IMG/VR virus record: IMGVR_UViG_3300022862_000018
Location: 1 to 32,283 of that record
Length of the DNA: 32,283 bases
Strand: one strand, 5' to 3'
Source: a virus
Lineage: Duplodnaviria; Caudoviricetes
Shown: positions 19,474 to 28,135 of the stretch, piece after piece
How the letters are laid out: each line of letters opens with the position of its first letter
How positions within the stretch are numbered: position 1 is the stretch's first letter
Program-made: the position numbers and the translations under genes
The notes under the pieces: model-generated
Told to the model about the DNA's origin: nothing
The model's input: only the letters and a program-made list of their open reading frames with translations
Databases searched by the model: none

Positions 19474-19693
19474 CTACATCCCACACTTTCTTGGTATGCC
19501 AGCCTTCATGTGTATACTGTTGCACCCATTCTGATTTGTAAGGCATAATGACACTTGCTTCACATCCATCAACGATGATGGCCATTTCGATATAACGTGT
19601 AAATGGATTGGGTATGGCCTTCCACAATCTACCCTGTGGCTGTTTTGACTTCTTCACCGACTGAACAATAGGAATCCCATTGCGCATGTTCAC
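19454..19693 (-). CDS. Hypothetical phage protein
   Basis: GAGGGG RBS, GTG start, coupled with neighbours. Confidence 0.55.
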   Translation of the reverse strand: MNMRNGIPIVQSVKKSKQPQGRLWKAIPNPFTRYIEMAIIVDGCEASVIMPYKSEWVQQYTHEGWHTKKVWDVDERRNA

Positions 19694-19698
19694 GATGG

Positions 19699-20238
19699 TT
19701 AGAACGCCCCTCTCTTTAAGTAGTTCTTCATCTGGTAATAGAAATGGTAGTAAATAAAATTCCCACTAAACTTATTATCTAAGTAGACAATTTCAAAGCC
19801 GTAACGAGCTTTGAAAGTATTTAACGAGCCAAGTAATGCAAGTGGATCGTATTTACTTCTGTAGTTTCCGTTTAGTATTTTTTTATAGCCTTCAGGATCT
19901 TCAAGTAGGATTGTAAATGGCATATCCTTTGCTCGAATTAATTCATTTTCAAAGCGTGTACGCTCGTCCTTACCTAAGTTGCCTACAATCTCATCTACGC
20001 TTGCTTTGCGTTCAACTCCACTGTTCAAATAAATATCTCGCATGATGCCAAGCTCTTCGTTTTTAGGTAGCATAGCTGTGTAATCGCCAGTGTCAAGTTT
20101 CTTTAATTTGATTGGAACATCCTTGCTACGTAAATATTCAAGAATATGACCGTTTACTTGTTCGCGAGTATCAACCACGATTGTCATGGATTTTAAGATT
20201 TTATTTAGTTCAGTATCCGTGTAATGGTAGTGAATCAT
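19699..20238 (-). CDS. ERCC4-domain nuclease (resolvase-like)
   Basis: IVVDTREQ, KLDTGDY, VERK, RFENEL motifs. Confidence 0.9.
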   Translation of the reverse strand: MIHYHYTDTELNKILKSMTIVVDTREQVNGHILEYLRSKDVPIKLKKLDTGDYTAMLPKNEELGIMRDIYLNSGVERKASVDEIVGNLGKDERTRFENELIRAKDMPFTILLEDPEGYKKILNGNYRSKYDPLALLGSLNTFKARYGFEIVYLDNKFSGNFIYYHFYYQMKNYLKRGAF

Positions 20239-20519
20239 TGTGAATCACCTTCTAATTCTTCAACCTCCACCTCTACCCACTCAAAATGTTTCATTATGTG
20301 TGTATAGCCAGCGTTGCAAATTGCATCTTCACCAAATTTCTCAAAAATGGCTTTTTCCCAATTTTTCATCCATTCTTCAGCTGCACTTTTATCAAAAATG
20401 ATATTTGCCTCGTTTAAATCTTTTGTTATCTCAATATCTTCATCTTCTGCATAGTATTGAGGAATTTCGTTATCATTAAATTCATCTTTTAAGCGTAAAA
20501 CCCACGCTTCCTTTTTCAT
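20235..20519 (-). CDS. Hypothetical acidic phage protein
   Basis: Start MKKEAW after GAGGAGG. Confidence 0.65.
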   Translation of the reverse strand: MKKEAWVLRLKDEFNDNEIPQYYAEDEDIEITKDLNEANIIFDKSAAEEWMKNWEKAIFEKFGEDAICNAGYTHIMKHFEWVEVEVEELEGDSQ

Positions 20520-20628
20520 TCTCTTAACCTCCTCATTTTCGCCTAATACCAGCACCGTACAGATGTTCTATTTACAAGTTGGATATATTTATCATCCGTC
20601 CTTTAAAACGTCTTAAAACGTCTGTAAA

Positions 20629-21051
20629 TCACTTATTTTGATTAGCATATAAAACAGCACTTTCGTACAATTTTTTCTTAATGATATTTGAAGCTTCATT
20701 TTCAAATTGTCGATAGTCTTCATAAATGTCTTTCCATCCGTTCTTAGTTAATGTTTCTTGCCACTCCATGAACAACATCAATGCATCGACATCCTCGCAT
20801 ATCCATTCATTCAACTTTGGATTGTGCTGCCATCCACAGGCTTGATGTATCATCATTCGCATGTGTTTATCGATACCATTAGCTTCTTCCCAAGATTTAA
20901 GCCACTTTTTTATATCTTCAAAAATTACTTCTCCAGCCTTTATTGCATCAACTGGAATGTTATCACCATGATCTATATGAACATCATTTTCTTTCAGATA
21001 AATCGTTGCTCCTGATTTCCAAATGATTGATAGAAACATTAAAACTTGCAA
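20629..21051 (-). CDS. Hypothetical protein downstream of origin
   Basis: GAGGTGA RBS, TTG start, 140 aa. Confidence 0.7.
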   Translation of the reverse strand: MQVLMFLSIIWKSGATIYLKENDVHIDHGDNIPVDAIKAGEVIFEDIKKWLKSWEEANGIDKHMRMMIHQACGWQHNPKLNEWICEDVDALMLFMEWQETLTKNGWKDIYEDYRQFENEASNIIKKKLYESAVLYANQNK

Positions 21052-21074
21052 TCTATCACCTCACAATTAATGAA

Positions 21075-21362
21075 TAGTTAAAAATCCGTTATCAAATTGT
21101 TACGGAAAATCACTATAAATTATCGAAGTGTTACTAAAAATAACTCTTTTGAACCTTAGAGTCCCAAGGGTTTGGAGATTTTCGTTATTTTTATTACTCG
21201 TTCTGGGGATTACGCTCTATATATAATATATATTTATATTTTTTTATTTTTTATTAATATACAAAACAAATAACAAAAGTAATTATTATAAATAAAAACT
21301 ACCTTCAAACCGTTGATACATAAGGATTTCTAAGAGATTTTAAAAGTGTTACTTTTCATAAC
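21075..21362. other. Candidate phage replication origin
   Basis: 44-bp pure A/T tract (21218-21261) flanked by GTTA/TAAC short iterons, directly downstream of primase-helicase. Confidence 0.7.
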
Positions 21363-23702
21363 TTTTTCTTCGCTTTCATCGTTTTCTAATAATTCTTGTT
21401 GGGTAAAACTACTTTTTCGTTCTATTAAAGTAACACCGAAGATGAAGTATTTATTTCCTGTACCGCGTTCACGTTTAAAACCTTGTGATTCTAAGATTCT
21501 ATAAAACGCTCGATTTTTTAATTGATGTTCACCATTTTTATAGCACCAGTTGGAATAAACCTCGTATAACTCTTTTGCTTCAATTTTCATTCCGTCTTGC
21601 TTGTAACATCGTTCAAACATAAACGGTCCAAGAATGTCCATTTCGTCTTTATAATCACCTGTAGCTTTCATAACGATCCTTGGTTCATTCAACCCCATCT
21701 GCTGCCACTTCAAGCAACCTTCGATAGCCCAATTCAAGATGCCTGGCATTTCAAGTGACAACTTTTCAGGTAGCTTTTTATCACGCTTTTCCTTTGGTAG
21801 TTGTAGGTTAAATGGGATTAATCGAATACGCCTCCAGATACCTTCGTCTACACCTTTGATTACTGGTTTATGGTTAGTCGTAAAGAACACCTTGAACTCT
21901 GGAATGAACTCAAAATATTCTTGTCGTAGAAAGCGCGCTAATACTGGCTCCCCACCTGTAATTTGCTTTACGAAAGCTTCCGACAATTGTTCTCCATCTT
22001 CCGATTCAATCGCTGATACAAAACGGCTGCCGACCAATCGGGCAATGTCATTGTTCGCTCCAGTTTCCTTTTTCTTAATAAACGTGTCCGATTTAGCTTG
22101 TTTGCCGTATTCGCCCATGAGGTCCTTAATCGTATTAATAAACGTTGATTTACCATTGCTACCCCCTCCAATTAGGAAGACCATGATTTGTTCGCTTATT
22201 TCACCTGTTAAGCTGTAGCCTATTAGACGTTGCATGTACTCAATCAACTCTTCGTCACCCTGAAATATTTGCACTAAGAAACTTAACCATTCAGGACATT
22301 TTGCTGATTCATCAAACATGATATTTGTTATTTTTGTTATGCCGAGCTCACGATCATGTGGTTGCAACTTACCTGTTTTCAAATCTACGATGCCATTTGC
22401 AACATTGAATAAATATTTATGTCGATCAAATTCTTCTCGATCACCTGGTACAAGCGACATTAAAAACGACAAGCTATTTTTATGAACATTTAATCGCTCA
22501 CACATCTTCGCCCATTTTTGTTCGCCTTCATCTTCGGATTTGTACAACCCTCGTAAGACCTTAGCTGCAATACGATAAATTTCTTTCCTGTTATCAATCT
22601 TCCATCGCTTGCCGTCCCAAATGAGCCAGCCCATGTCATTTACATATTTGATTGCATGGCCGTATTCATCTGCTATTCTTTCAGCGTTTCCTAGTTCGGT
22701 TAAACGAAATTTCTTTTTCGGCTTGTCCTCCACAGCCTCTTCATCATTACCATGAAAGTCAAACGAAAATTCTTCATAATGTTGCTGGTCTAACACAGTT
22801 GTGGTAGTGGAGGAAATGGCTTCAGCTATTGTACGTTCACCATACGTTTCACCTGTATCGCTAAAGTGAATCCTGTCCCATTTGTCACGCATAAGGCTTG
22901 TTTCCCTAAACATTGAATCCATTCTAGAAGCGCTTTTACCAGTCCAAAATGCCAAATGATTACACAATGCTAAATCACTAGATGAATGATCATCATTTAT
23001 TAAATTTCCGTTATACAATGAACGTATTTCATCACCACTTTTTGACCTGAACATTCGCTCCCAAAGCGCATCATTTGAAAGTTTAATTTCATCATTTTCA
23101 TATTCAGCGAGGTTCACGCGGCCTTTTATGTCGCTATCATCAAAATACTTTTCAAAAATCTCTGCCAGCTCGTCAGTACGATCATATATTTGATTAGAAT
23201 TCTCACGATTGCCAGTCATGGTGAAGTAACGGCCATATTGGTAAATTTCTAAACCATGCTTTGCACTTTTACGACCAGTACCTACTACAGACTGTGGAAG
23301 GCTACCCTTGATAATGATATGAATGCCTGTACCACTCACGCTAAACTCGGTATAGCTGTCTAATGTATCTATAATTTCTTGAGCAAAAGTGTTAACTATT
23401 GGATTGGCCTTATTCGTATCATCTGCTGCATACGTGACGCATTTATCAATATCAATACCGATATAACTGTCTTGTCGTGAGAATACGAAGCCTATCCCAT
23501 CTGCATTTGATTCTGTATAAAACTTGGCTGCTGTTGCAAATGAGGACCATGTACGACGGTCATTACTTCTAGCTTCGTTCCCATCTACTTGATACGGTAT
23601 TTTTGTATATCGGCCACCTTTTTCTTCTGCCCTCCACAGAATCCATTGGTGTAGCATTCGTAATTCTGAAGGTATTTCATTAAAATTAATTGGTATTTTC
23701 AT
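21330..23702 (-). CDS. Primase-polymerase (NrS-1-like AEP) fused to D5/P4-type SF3 helicase
   Basis: IGIDID, EFSVSGTGIHI, EIY..GRYFT; LTELGNAER; Walker A GSNGKST; KQITGGE, GIWRR. Confidence 0.93.
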   Translation of the reverse strand: MKIPINFNEIPSELRMLHQWILWRAEEKGGRYTKIPYQVDGNEARSNDRRTWSSFATAAKFYTESNADGIGFVFSRQDSYIGIDIDKCVTYAADDTNKANPIVNTFAQEIIDTLDSYTEFSVSGTGIHIIIKGSLPQSVVGTGRKSAKHGLEIYQYGRYFTMTGNRENSNQIYDRTDELAEIFEKYFDDSDIKGRVNLAEYENDEIKLSNDALWERMFRSKSGDEIRSLYNGNLINDDHSSSDLALCNHLAFWTGKSASRMDSMFRETSLMRDKWDRIHFSDTGETYGERTIAEAISSTTTTVLDQQHYEEFSFDFHGNDEEAVEDKPKKKFRLTELGNAERIADEYGHAIKYVNDMGWLIWDGKRWKIDNRKEIYRIAAKVLRGLYKSEDEGEQKWAKMCERLNVHKNSLSFLMSLVPGDREEFDRHKYLFNVANGIVDLKTGKLQPHDRELGITKITNIMFDESAKCPEWLSFLVQIFQGDEELIEYMQRLIGYSLTGEISEQIMVFLIGGGSNGKSTFINTIKDLMGEYGKQAKSDTFIKKKETGANNDIARLVGSRFVSAIESEDGEQLSEAFVKQITGGEPVLARFLRQEYFEFIPEFKVFFTTNHKPVIKGVDEGIWRRIRLIPFNLQLPKEKRDKKLPEKLSLEMPGILNWAIEGCLKWQQMGLNEPRIVMKATGDYKDEMDILGPFMFERCYKQDGMKIEAKELYEVYSNWCYKNGEHQLKNRAFYRILESQGFKRERGTGNKYFIFGVTLIERKSSFTQQELLENDESEEKVMKSNTFKIS

Positions 23703-23731
23703 ATTTTTCACCTTTGTATCTCATTGCAGGC

Positions 23732-23956
23732 CTAGCCTTCACTTTTTCTGCCATTTGTTTCCCTACTTTCTATTTGACTTCGCTTTAACATAATCACTCG
23801 TTTAGGAAAACCATACTTCTTTCTAACTTCATCCCTTGTCATTCCATGTTCGATACGACAATGAGCCTTTGTGATAATTTGTCCTATATGATGACATCCA
23901 TCTACTGGACATTTGACTAACTCATCCCCCATTGAATTCCATGATGAATTTGCCAT
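23732..23956 (-). CDS. Small Zn-finger protein (Ros/MucR-like C-terminus)
   Basis: CPVDGC...ITKAHCRIEHGMTRDEVRKKYG. Confidence 0.6.
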   Translation of the reverse strand: MANSSWNSMGDELVKCPVDGCHHIGQIITKAHCRIEHGMTRDEVRKKYGFPKRVIMLKRSQIESRETNGRKSEG

Positions 23957-23984
23957 TTTTCCCACCTTCTCCGCAAAATTTGGG

Positions 23985-24025
23985 TATAAAAATAGAGAAG
24001 TCCGCCTAAAACAGACCTCTCTATT
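23985..24025 (-). terminator. Intrinsic terminator between SSB gene and primase module
   Basis: Minus AATAGAGAGGTCTG-TTTTAGG-CGGACTTCTCTATT-TTTATA. Confidence 0.7.
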
Positions 24026-24034
24026 AAGTTTTAT

Positions 24035-24481
24035 TTAGAATGGAACGTCATCTTCACCAACAACGATTGGCCCACCTTGAGGTACTGGGGCTCCTACTTG
24101 TGATTCCTTGAAGCCTTTTACCTCTGGATATTTGTTTCCGTTGTAATCACGATGCCCCACTGTAACTACTAAATTCTTGTGTAACAATGTATCTGCCCAT
24201 TCTTTATAAGAATTGAATGTTAGACCATCAGGGAATTTAGCTGCTTTTGAAATGGCTTGTAAACGCCACATAGATTTTTCAGAGATTGTAAAATTGTCAT
24301 ACAGAATTTTTTGACCTTGGTGATTTTGCGGAACATCCGAACGAATTTCGTAATCCACTGTAATTTTGTTGTTACCATTAGTTGATTTACCCATTTCATA
24401 GTTAATTACAGTTACTTCATAGTCACCGATAGCGATTAATTCAAATCCACCTTTTGCTTCTTCGTGATTAATTTTGAACAT
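24035..24481 (-). CDS. DUF669 family single-stranded DNA-binding protein
   Basis: GDYEV, IRSDVPQ..QGQKILYDN, acidic tail EDDVPF; follows Sak4-like gene. Confidence 0.85.
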   Translation of the reverse strand: MFKINHEEAKGGFELIAIGDYEVTVINYEMGKSTNGNNKITVDYEIRSDVPQNHQGQKILYDNFTISEKSMWRLQAISKAAKFPDGLTFNSYKEWADTLLHKNLVVTVGHRDYNGNKYPEVKGFKESQVGAPVPQGGPIVVGEDDVPF

Positions 24482-24482
24482 A

Positions 24483-25421
24483 TTATTTTCCTCCAATTAA
24501 TTTGATAATTTTATCGACCATAGCTACGGTCATATTTTCTAGTTGAAGATTTGCTTTAAACTCGCAATCCGAAACGATCTTAGCTACATTAGCATCTGTG
24601 GAAGACAACTCACGAATCTTAGCTACACTACTTAAACGATTAGCTTCTTCCTCTTCACGTCTTGCTCGTTCCTCTGCTTGTACATCAATACCTAATTCAA
24701 GGTAGCGATAAAGTTTTGAACCAATTTCAGGTGTGATAATAAACTCATCATCTTCAAATAAATTTGTAATGTCTTTACTTACTCTTGCCATATGGTCCAT
24801 TCCGATAGAGAACACAGTATCAAACTCATATTCCATATCATCTTTTTGAACTGGCTTCATACCAACCTTTTTAGGTACGTTTTTGCCATCGACTTGCTCA
24901 ATTACATAATCACTTTTAACTCGTAATGTTGTAATCATGTGGACGGCAGCAGTTGTTAAACCTTTTACTAACTTGCTAGATTCAGGAGCAAGCTTACCCC
25001 AGTTTTGAAACGAGTTACCTTGCATCCCACCGTGAGTTTCAACAACCCCACCTTCGCCTTGCCATTGATGCGAAAGGCTGTCCACAATAATAACCTCTAC
25101 ACCTTGTTGCATTAGCAATTTAATTGCCATATTGTATCGATCTGTATTAAATGGTGGTTCGAAATTGATATATTTAAATGAACCAATAGTGACATTTCCA
25201 TGAGTTTGTCCAACATAGTTGAGTAAACGTTTGTGCTCTGTATCAGCAGCACCGATTTTCTTCCACAATTCTTCATCTGGTAAATCAGGATGTGCTTCTT
25301 TTACAATCCCATAAGCTAGAAGTAAGGCCGACAACGATTTACCACTACCTGATGGGCCAACTAAACCAATTAAGGCCTTCTGTTTCTCGCGTATTGCATC
25401 AGCTACTTGCATGCCTTCCAC
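24483..25421 (-). CDS. Sak4-like AAA_24 ATPase / single-strand annealing protein
   Basis: Walker A GPSGSGKS, DTE, IIVDSLSH.W, EYEFD. Confidence 0.88.
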   Translation of the reverse strand: MEGMQVADAIREKQKALIGLVGPSGSGKSLSALLLAYGIVKEAHPDLPDEELWKKIGAADTEHKRLLNYVGQTHGNVTIGSFKYINFEPPFNTDRYNMAIKLLMQQGVEVIIVDSLSHQWQGEGGVVETHGGMQGNSFQNWGKLAPESSKLVKGLTTAAVHMITTLRVKSDYVIEQVDGKNVPKKVGMKPVQKDDMEYEFDTVFSIGMDHMARVSKDITNLFEDDEFIITPEIGSKLYRYLELGIDVQAEERARREEEEANRLSSVAKIRELSSTDANVAKIVSDCEFKANLQLENMTVAMVDKIIKLIGGK

Positions 25422-25433
25422 ACTCCCCTTCTA

Positions 25434-25772
25434 TTAAAATGGCACATTATCAGTAGGTGCATCTTGCTTCGTTCCTGCATTCGCGAATGGATCTTCGAAT
25501 TCTGCTAATTTTTCTTCAGTATCCACTTCATCGATTGTTAATTGACCATCTGGCGCATCTTCTTTTTCAGGACGCTTTTCCATTTCTTCCTTAGCTGTGC
25601 TGTATGTGCGTTCAAGGTCCACTAGAAAGTAGAAACCTTTTGAATTATGCTTTTCGTGAATCTTATGCATTGTTAGTGAATCATCTTGTTTAGCTTCAGT
25701 AACAATTTCCTCTGCCTCTTTAGATGAATCTGCATACCAACGTTCTTTTTGGTTAAGTAATGTTTTTGCCAT
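25434..25772 (-). CDS. Hypothetical protein with SSB-like acidic tail
   Basis: GGAGG RBS; DGQLTIDE motif, ends TDNVPF. Confidence 0.7.
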   Translation of the reverse strand: MAKTLLNQKERWYADSSKEAEEIVTEAKQDDSLTMHKIHEKHNSKGFYFLVDLERTYSTAKEEMEKRPEKEDAPDGQLTIDEVDTEEKLAEFEDPFANAGTKQDAPTDNVPF

Positions 25773-25784
25773 TGAATTATCCTC

Positions 25785-26258
25785 CTATCGAATACTTAAT
25801 GATTGATTTTCCACAAGTTGAGCACCTTCGATTTGCTCTCCTGCTTTAAGTGCTTTAGCTAATTCAGAACGGCTGATTGTACGTTCTACCTTCACATATT
25901 CTTGTGGAAGGCTATCAATATCTGAAACTTCAACCTTAGATGATTTGCGGAAACTGAATGTAAATTTTTCAGTTTTCACTTTGTCTTGACCACTGCCTTG
26001 TAATGTTTCAGCAATAGCTTGTTTCATTCGAGTAACACCGTTCTCCATGATTTTTCTTCGTTCAGCTAATCGCTTTTCCTCCGATTTAATACCTTCCACA
26101 TCTGACTCAATGTTTTTGATAACCATTGCATAAGCTTCAAGCTTCTCTTCCACAGCATCAGTTATGGAAGCTAATGTATCCTCTAAACCTTCTTGTCCTT
26201 CCTCAATCATTTGTTGAAGTTGGGCATAGGCATTGTTTAATTGATAAAGACTAGCCAT
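25785..26258 (-). CDS. Siphovirus Gp157 family protein
   Basis: SLYQL...EEKRL...FSFRKS...LKAGEQIEGAQLVENQSLSIR. Confidence 0.92.
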   Translation of the reverse strand: MASLYQLNNAYAQLQQMIEEGQEGLEDTLASITDAVEEKLEAYAMVIKNIESDVEGIKSEEKRLAERRKIMENGVTRMKQAIAETLQGSGQDKVKTEKFTFSFRKSSKVEVSDIDSLPQEYVKVERTISRSELAKALKAGEQIEGAQLVENQSLSIR

Positions 26259-26434
26259 TATTCACCCTCCTGTGGTAAAATACCAATATCTATAGTCTTA
26301 CTTTTCTTGTCATCGGTTGCAGCCTTTGACAAGCTTTTTTTTGCCTCAATTTGGGCGTTTTGTGCATCCTCGATGTCTTGCCAGTAATCTGATTCACGGT
26401 CGTATACATCAGCGTGTGTGTGGCCTATACGCAA
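26258..26434 (-). CDS. Small hypothetical protein (58 aa), not in ORF track
   Basis: GGAGGTGA RBS, TTG start, MRIGHTHADVYDRES...ILPQEGE*, TAATG overlap with Gp157. Confidence 0.7.
   Translation of the reverse strand: MRIGHTHADVYDRESDYWQDIEDAQNAQIEAKKSLSKAATDDKKSKTIDIGILPQEGE
26271..26342 (+). ncRNA. Candidate ~55-nt antisense RNA (span includes its -10 box)
   Basis: Extended -10 TGgTAAAAT (26273-26281) followed by hairpin CTTGTCA...TGACAAG and C-T8. Confidence 0.5.
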
Positions 26435-26448
26435 TCAATCACCTCCCT

Positions 26449-26601
26449 TCATGACTGAGCTGCACGTTTTAGCGCCAGTGTCTTTAGCAAAGATGTGTAT
26501 AAGGCATCTTCCAATGGTTGTCCTTCGACTTTGGTAACACCGAACTTCTGCAGTTGTTCAATTACTGCTTTACGTTTCAACTGTTTATGCATAGTTGTCA
26601 C
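26449..26601 (-). CDS. Small basic protein (50 aa), FbpA-like pattern; not in ORF track
   Basis: GAGGT RBS, GTG; MTTMHKQLKRKAVIEQLQKFGVTKVEGQPLEDALYTSLLKTLALKRAAQS*. Confidence 0.65.
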   Translation of the reverse strand: MTTMHKQLKRKAVIEQLQKFGVTKVEGQPLEDALYTSLLKTLALKRAAQS

Positions 26602-26613
26602 GTTTAACTACCT

Positions 26614-27003
26614 CTAATGCTGATGCAACACCATCGATGTATCACTATGTTCCTTGTATTCTTTCGCTAACTTTGGTAGGAGACTGTCACCGAAAGGTAG
26701 TCCATCATGGACCAACACTTCTTGAATGATTTGATTTGCTAAGTCTTTTAAATGGTCCCTAGAATCAATAAGCAGCTGGTTGAGGTCCTCCACAATTTCT
26801 TTACTAGCATCCGGAAATTCAAGAACTTCTTTAAGATTGACTACACTTGCGCCCTCTGGAGCATAAGAAGCATGCTTGCTGTCATAATGCGTTGCTACTT
26901 TGCCCTCTCCATCCATAACTTGTACACTTGTAATTTGGTCCTCATGGATATTAAGACCAACCACTGATAATTTTGTACCTTTGATGTTAATTACTGCTTT
27001 CAT
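26614..27003 (-). CDS. Hypothetical phage protein (possible 3' frameshift)
   Basis: AAGGAGG RBS; 129 aa. Confidence 0.7.
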   Translation of the reverse strand: MKAVINIKGTKLSVVGLNIHEDQITSVQVMDGEGKVATHYDSKHASYAPEGASVVNLKEVLEFPDASKEIVEDLNQLLIDSRDHLKDLANQIIQEVLVHDGLPFGDSLLPKLAKEYKEHSDTSMVLHQH

Positions 27004-27064
27004 TTTTATTCCTCCTTATATTTCCTTTCTGCTAAACTATTAGTAGAAAGGTAGGTGATTTTAA

Positions 27065-27442
27065 GTGATATTAGATAGAGATTGTGTTAGAGACTTACTA
27101 TTAACAATTGAGTCAGATAGTTTTAATAACACACTTTTTCTTGAAAAAATTTGTGAAAATTCTAGAATGAAATTTTATTCAAAAGAAACGATTATCTATG
27201 CAATCCAAAAACTAAACGAAGCAAATTATATAAATGCGACTATTAAATTTGCTGATAACGCACCATACTTGGTTTCAGTTAGTTCAATTACATGGGATGG
27301 ACACATTTTTTTGGATAATGTTAGAGACCCTAGTATTTGGGATAAAGTTAAAGCAAAATCATCTAAATTAACGAGCGTATCTTTACCTTTGTTGTCTGAA
27401 TTAGGTCTATCTTTTATAAAAGAACAAATAGGGTTGTCTTGA
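27065..27442 (+). CDS. DUF2513-like winged-helix protein (antisense moron)
   Basis: LDRDCVRDLLLTIE, ITWDGHIFLDNVRD.SIW..VK motifs; own extended -10 and RBS. Confidence 0.85.
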   Translation: MILDRDCVRDLLLTIESDSFNNTLFLEKICENSRMKFYSKETIIYAIQKLNEANYINATIKFADNAPYLVSVSSITWDGHIFLDNVRDPSIWDKVKAKSSKLTSVSLPLLSELGLSFIKEQIGLS

Positions 27443-27443
27443 T

Positions 27444-27677
27444 TCAAAGTGATTTAACTGTCCAATCATTCGCCAATATATCCTCGACCTTCGGATTCCA
27501 ACGTTTGCCGGGGATATACTTTTCTCCCATTTGATTAATGTATTCTTTTGCGATATGGACCACAAAACAGTCATCTGAATTTGTTGGCAAGATTCTATAT
27601 GGTTTAAATTCCTCAGCTTCCCTAGTAATGAATTGCCCTGTAGTTAAAGCAATTCTTGTTGCCTTTTGAATGTCCAT
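27444..27677 (-). CDS. DUF2829 / Tad2-like (MW1434-type) protein
   Basis: MDIQKAT..A N-terminus, ILPTNS, C-terminal WNP..EDILANDW; AAGGAGG RBS. Confidence 0.75.
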   Translation of the reverse strand: MDIQKATRIALTTGQFITREAEEFKPYRILPTNSDDCFVVHIAKEYINQMGEKYIPGKRWNPKVEDILANDWTVKSL

Positions 27678-27688
27678 AAATTCCTCCT

Positions 27689-27790
27689 TTATTTTCTAAG
27701 TGATGCTACTGCTTTATTCATCGCATTGCTGATTAACGCTAGACGTTTCTCAATCGGTAATGCCAACCATTCGGCTACTTTGATTTTCAT
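27689..27790 (-). CDS. Small peptide (33 aa), not in ORF track
   Basis: AGGTGA RBS; MKIKVAEWLALPIEKRLALISNAMNKAVASLRK* fills the gap. Confidence 0.6.
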   Translation of the reverse strand: MKIKVAEWLALPIEKRLALISNAMNKAVASLRK

Positions 27791-27800
27791 TTGGTTTCAC

Positions 27801-28133
27801 CTACCCTTTAAAAATGCTGTAGAAATTATCTTCTAGAAACTGTGACATTTTAGAAGCTAAGAAACTCCACTTTTCACCTTTAGCTTTTGGATAATAAACA
27901 AATCCACCTTGCAAAACATCTAATTGTTTTTTGAATTTTTGTGGATACAGAATATTGTCTTTTATCCACACTTGTTTTTTGCCTATGCGATTTTCTAGAT
28001 CACTCATTGTCCAATAGACACCTTGTAATGAATTGGTTTGTAATTCTTCGTATTCAACTCGGTTGATAAGCACATAATTATCAGGCACAGGAATAGTTAA
28101 ATTAACTTGAAGTTGTTGCATTTCATTCACCAA
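27801..28133 (-). CDS. DUF771 family protein (possible excisionase-like)
   Basis: YWTMSDL...WIKDNILY...GGFVYYP...KWSFLASKM..FLE. Confidence 0.82.
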   Translation of the reverse strand: MVNEMQQLQVNLTIPVPDNYVLINRVEYEELQTNSLQGVYWTMSDLENRIGKKQVWIKDNILYPQKFKKQLDVLQGGFVYYPKAKGEKWSFLASKMSQFLEDNFYSIFKG

Positions 28134-28135
28134 CC

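Noticed and set aside
15868-21015. Plus-strand ORFs 15868..16185, 16733..16930, 18678..18884, 19076..19378, 20758..21015
   Set aside because: Shadows of minus-strand genes
21404-21417. TAAAACTACTTTTT, 12/14 match to operator A inside the primase gene
   Set aside because: AT-rich motif in coding sequence with no promoter context; likely chance
21739-22218. 159-aa plus ORF and 67-aa minus ORF within primase-helicase
   Set aside because: Shadow or alternative frames of a conserved helicase domain
27226-27447. 73-aa minus ORF following the Tad2-like gene
   Set aside because: Antisense to the motif-bearing DUF2513-like gene; no RBS
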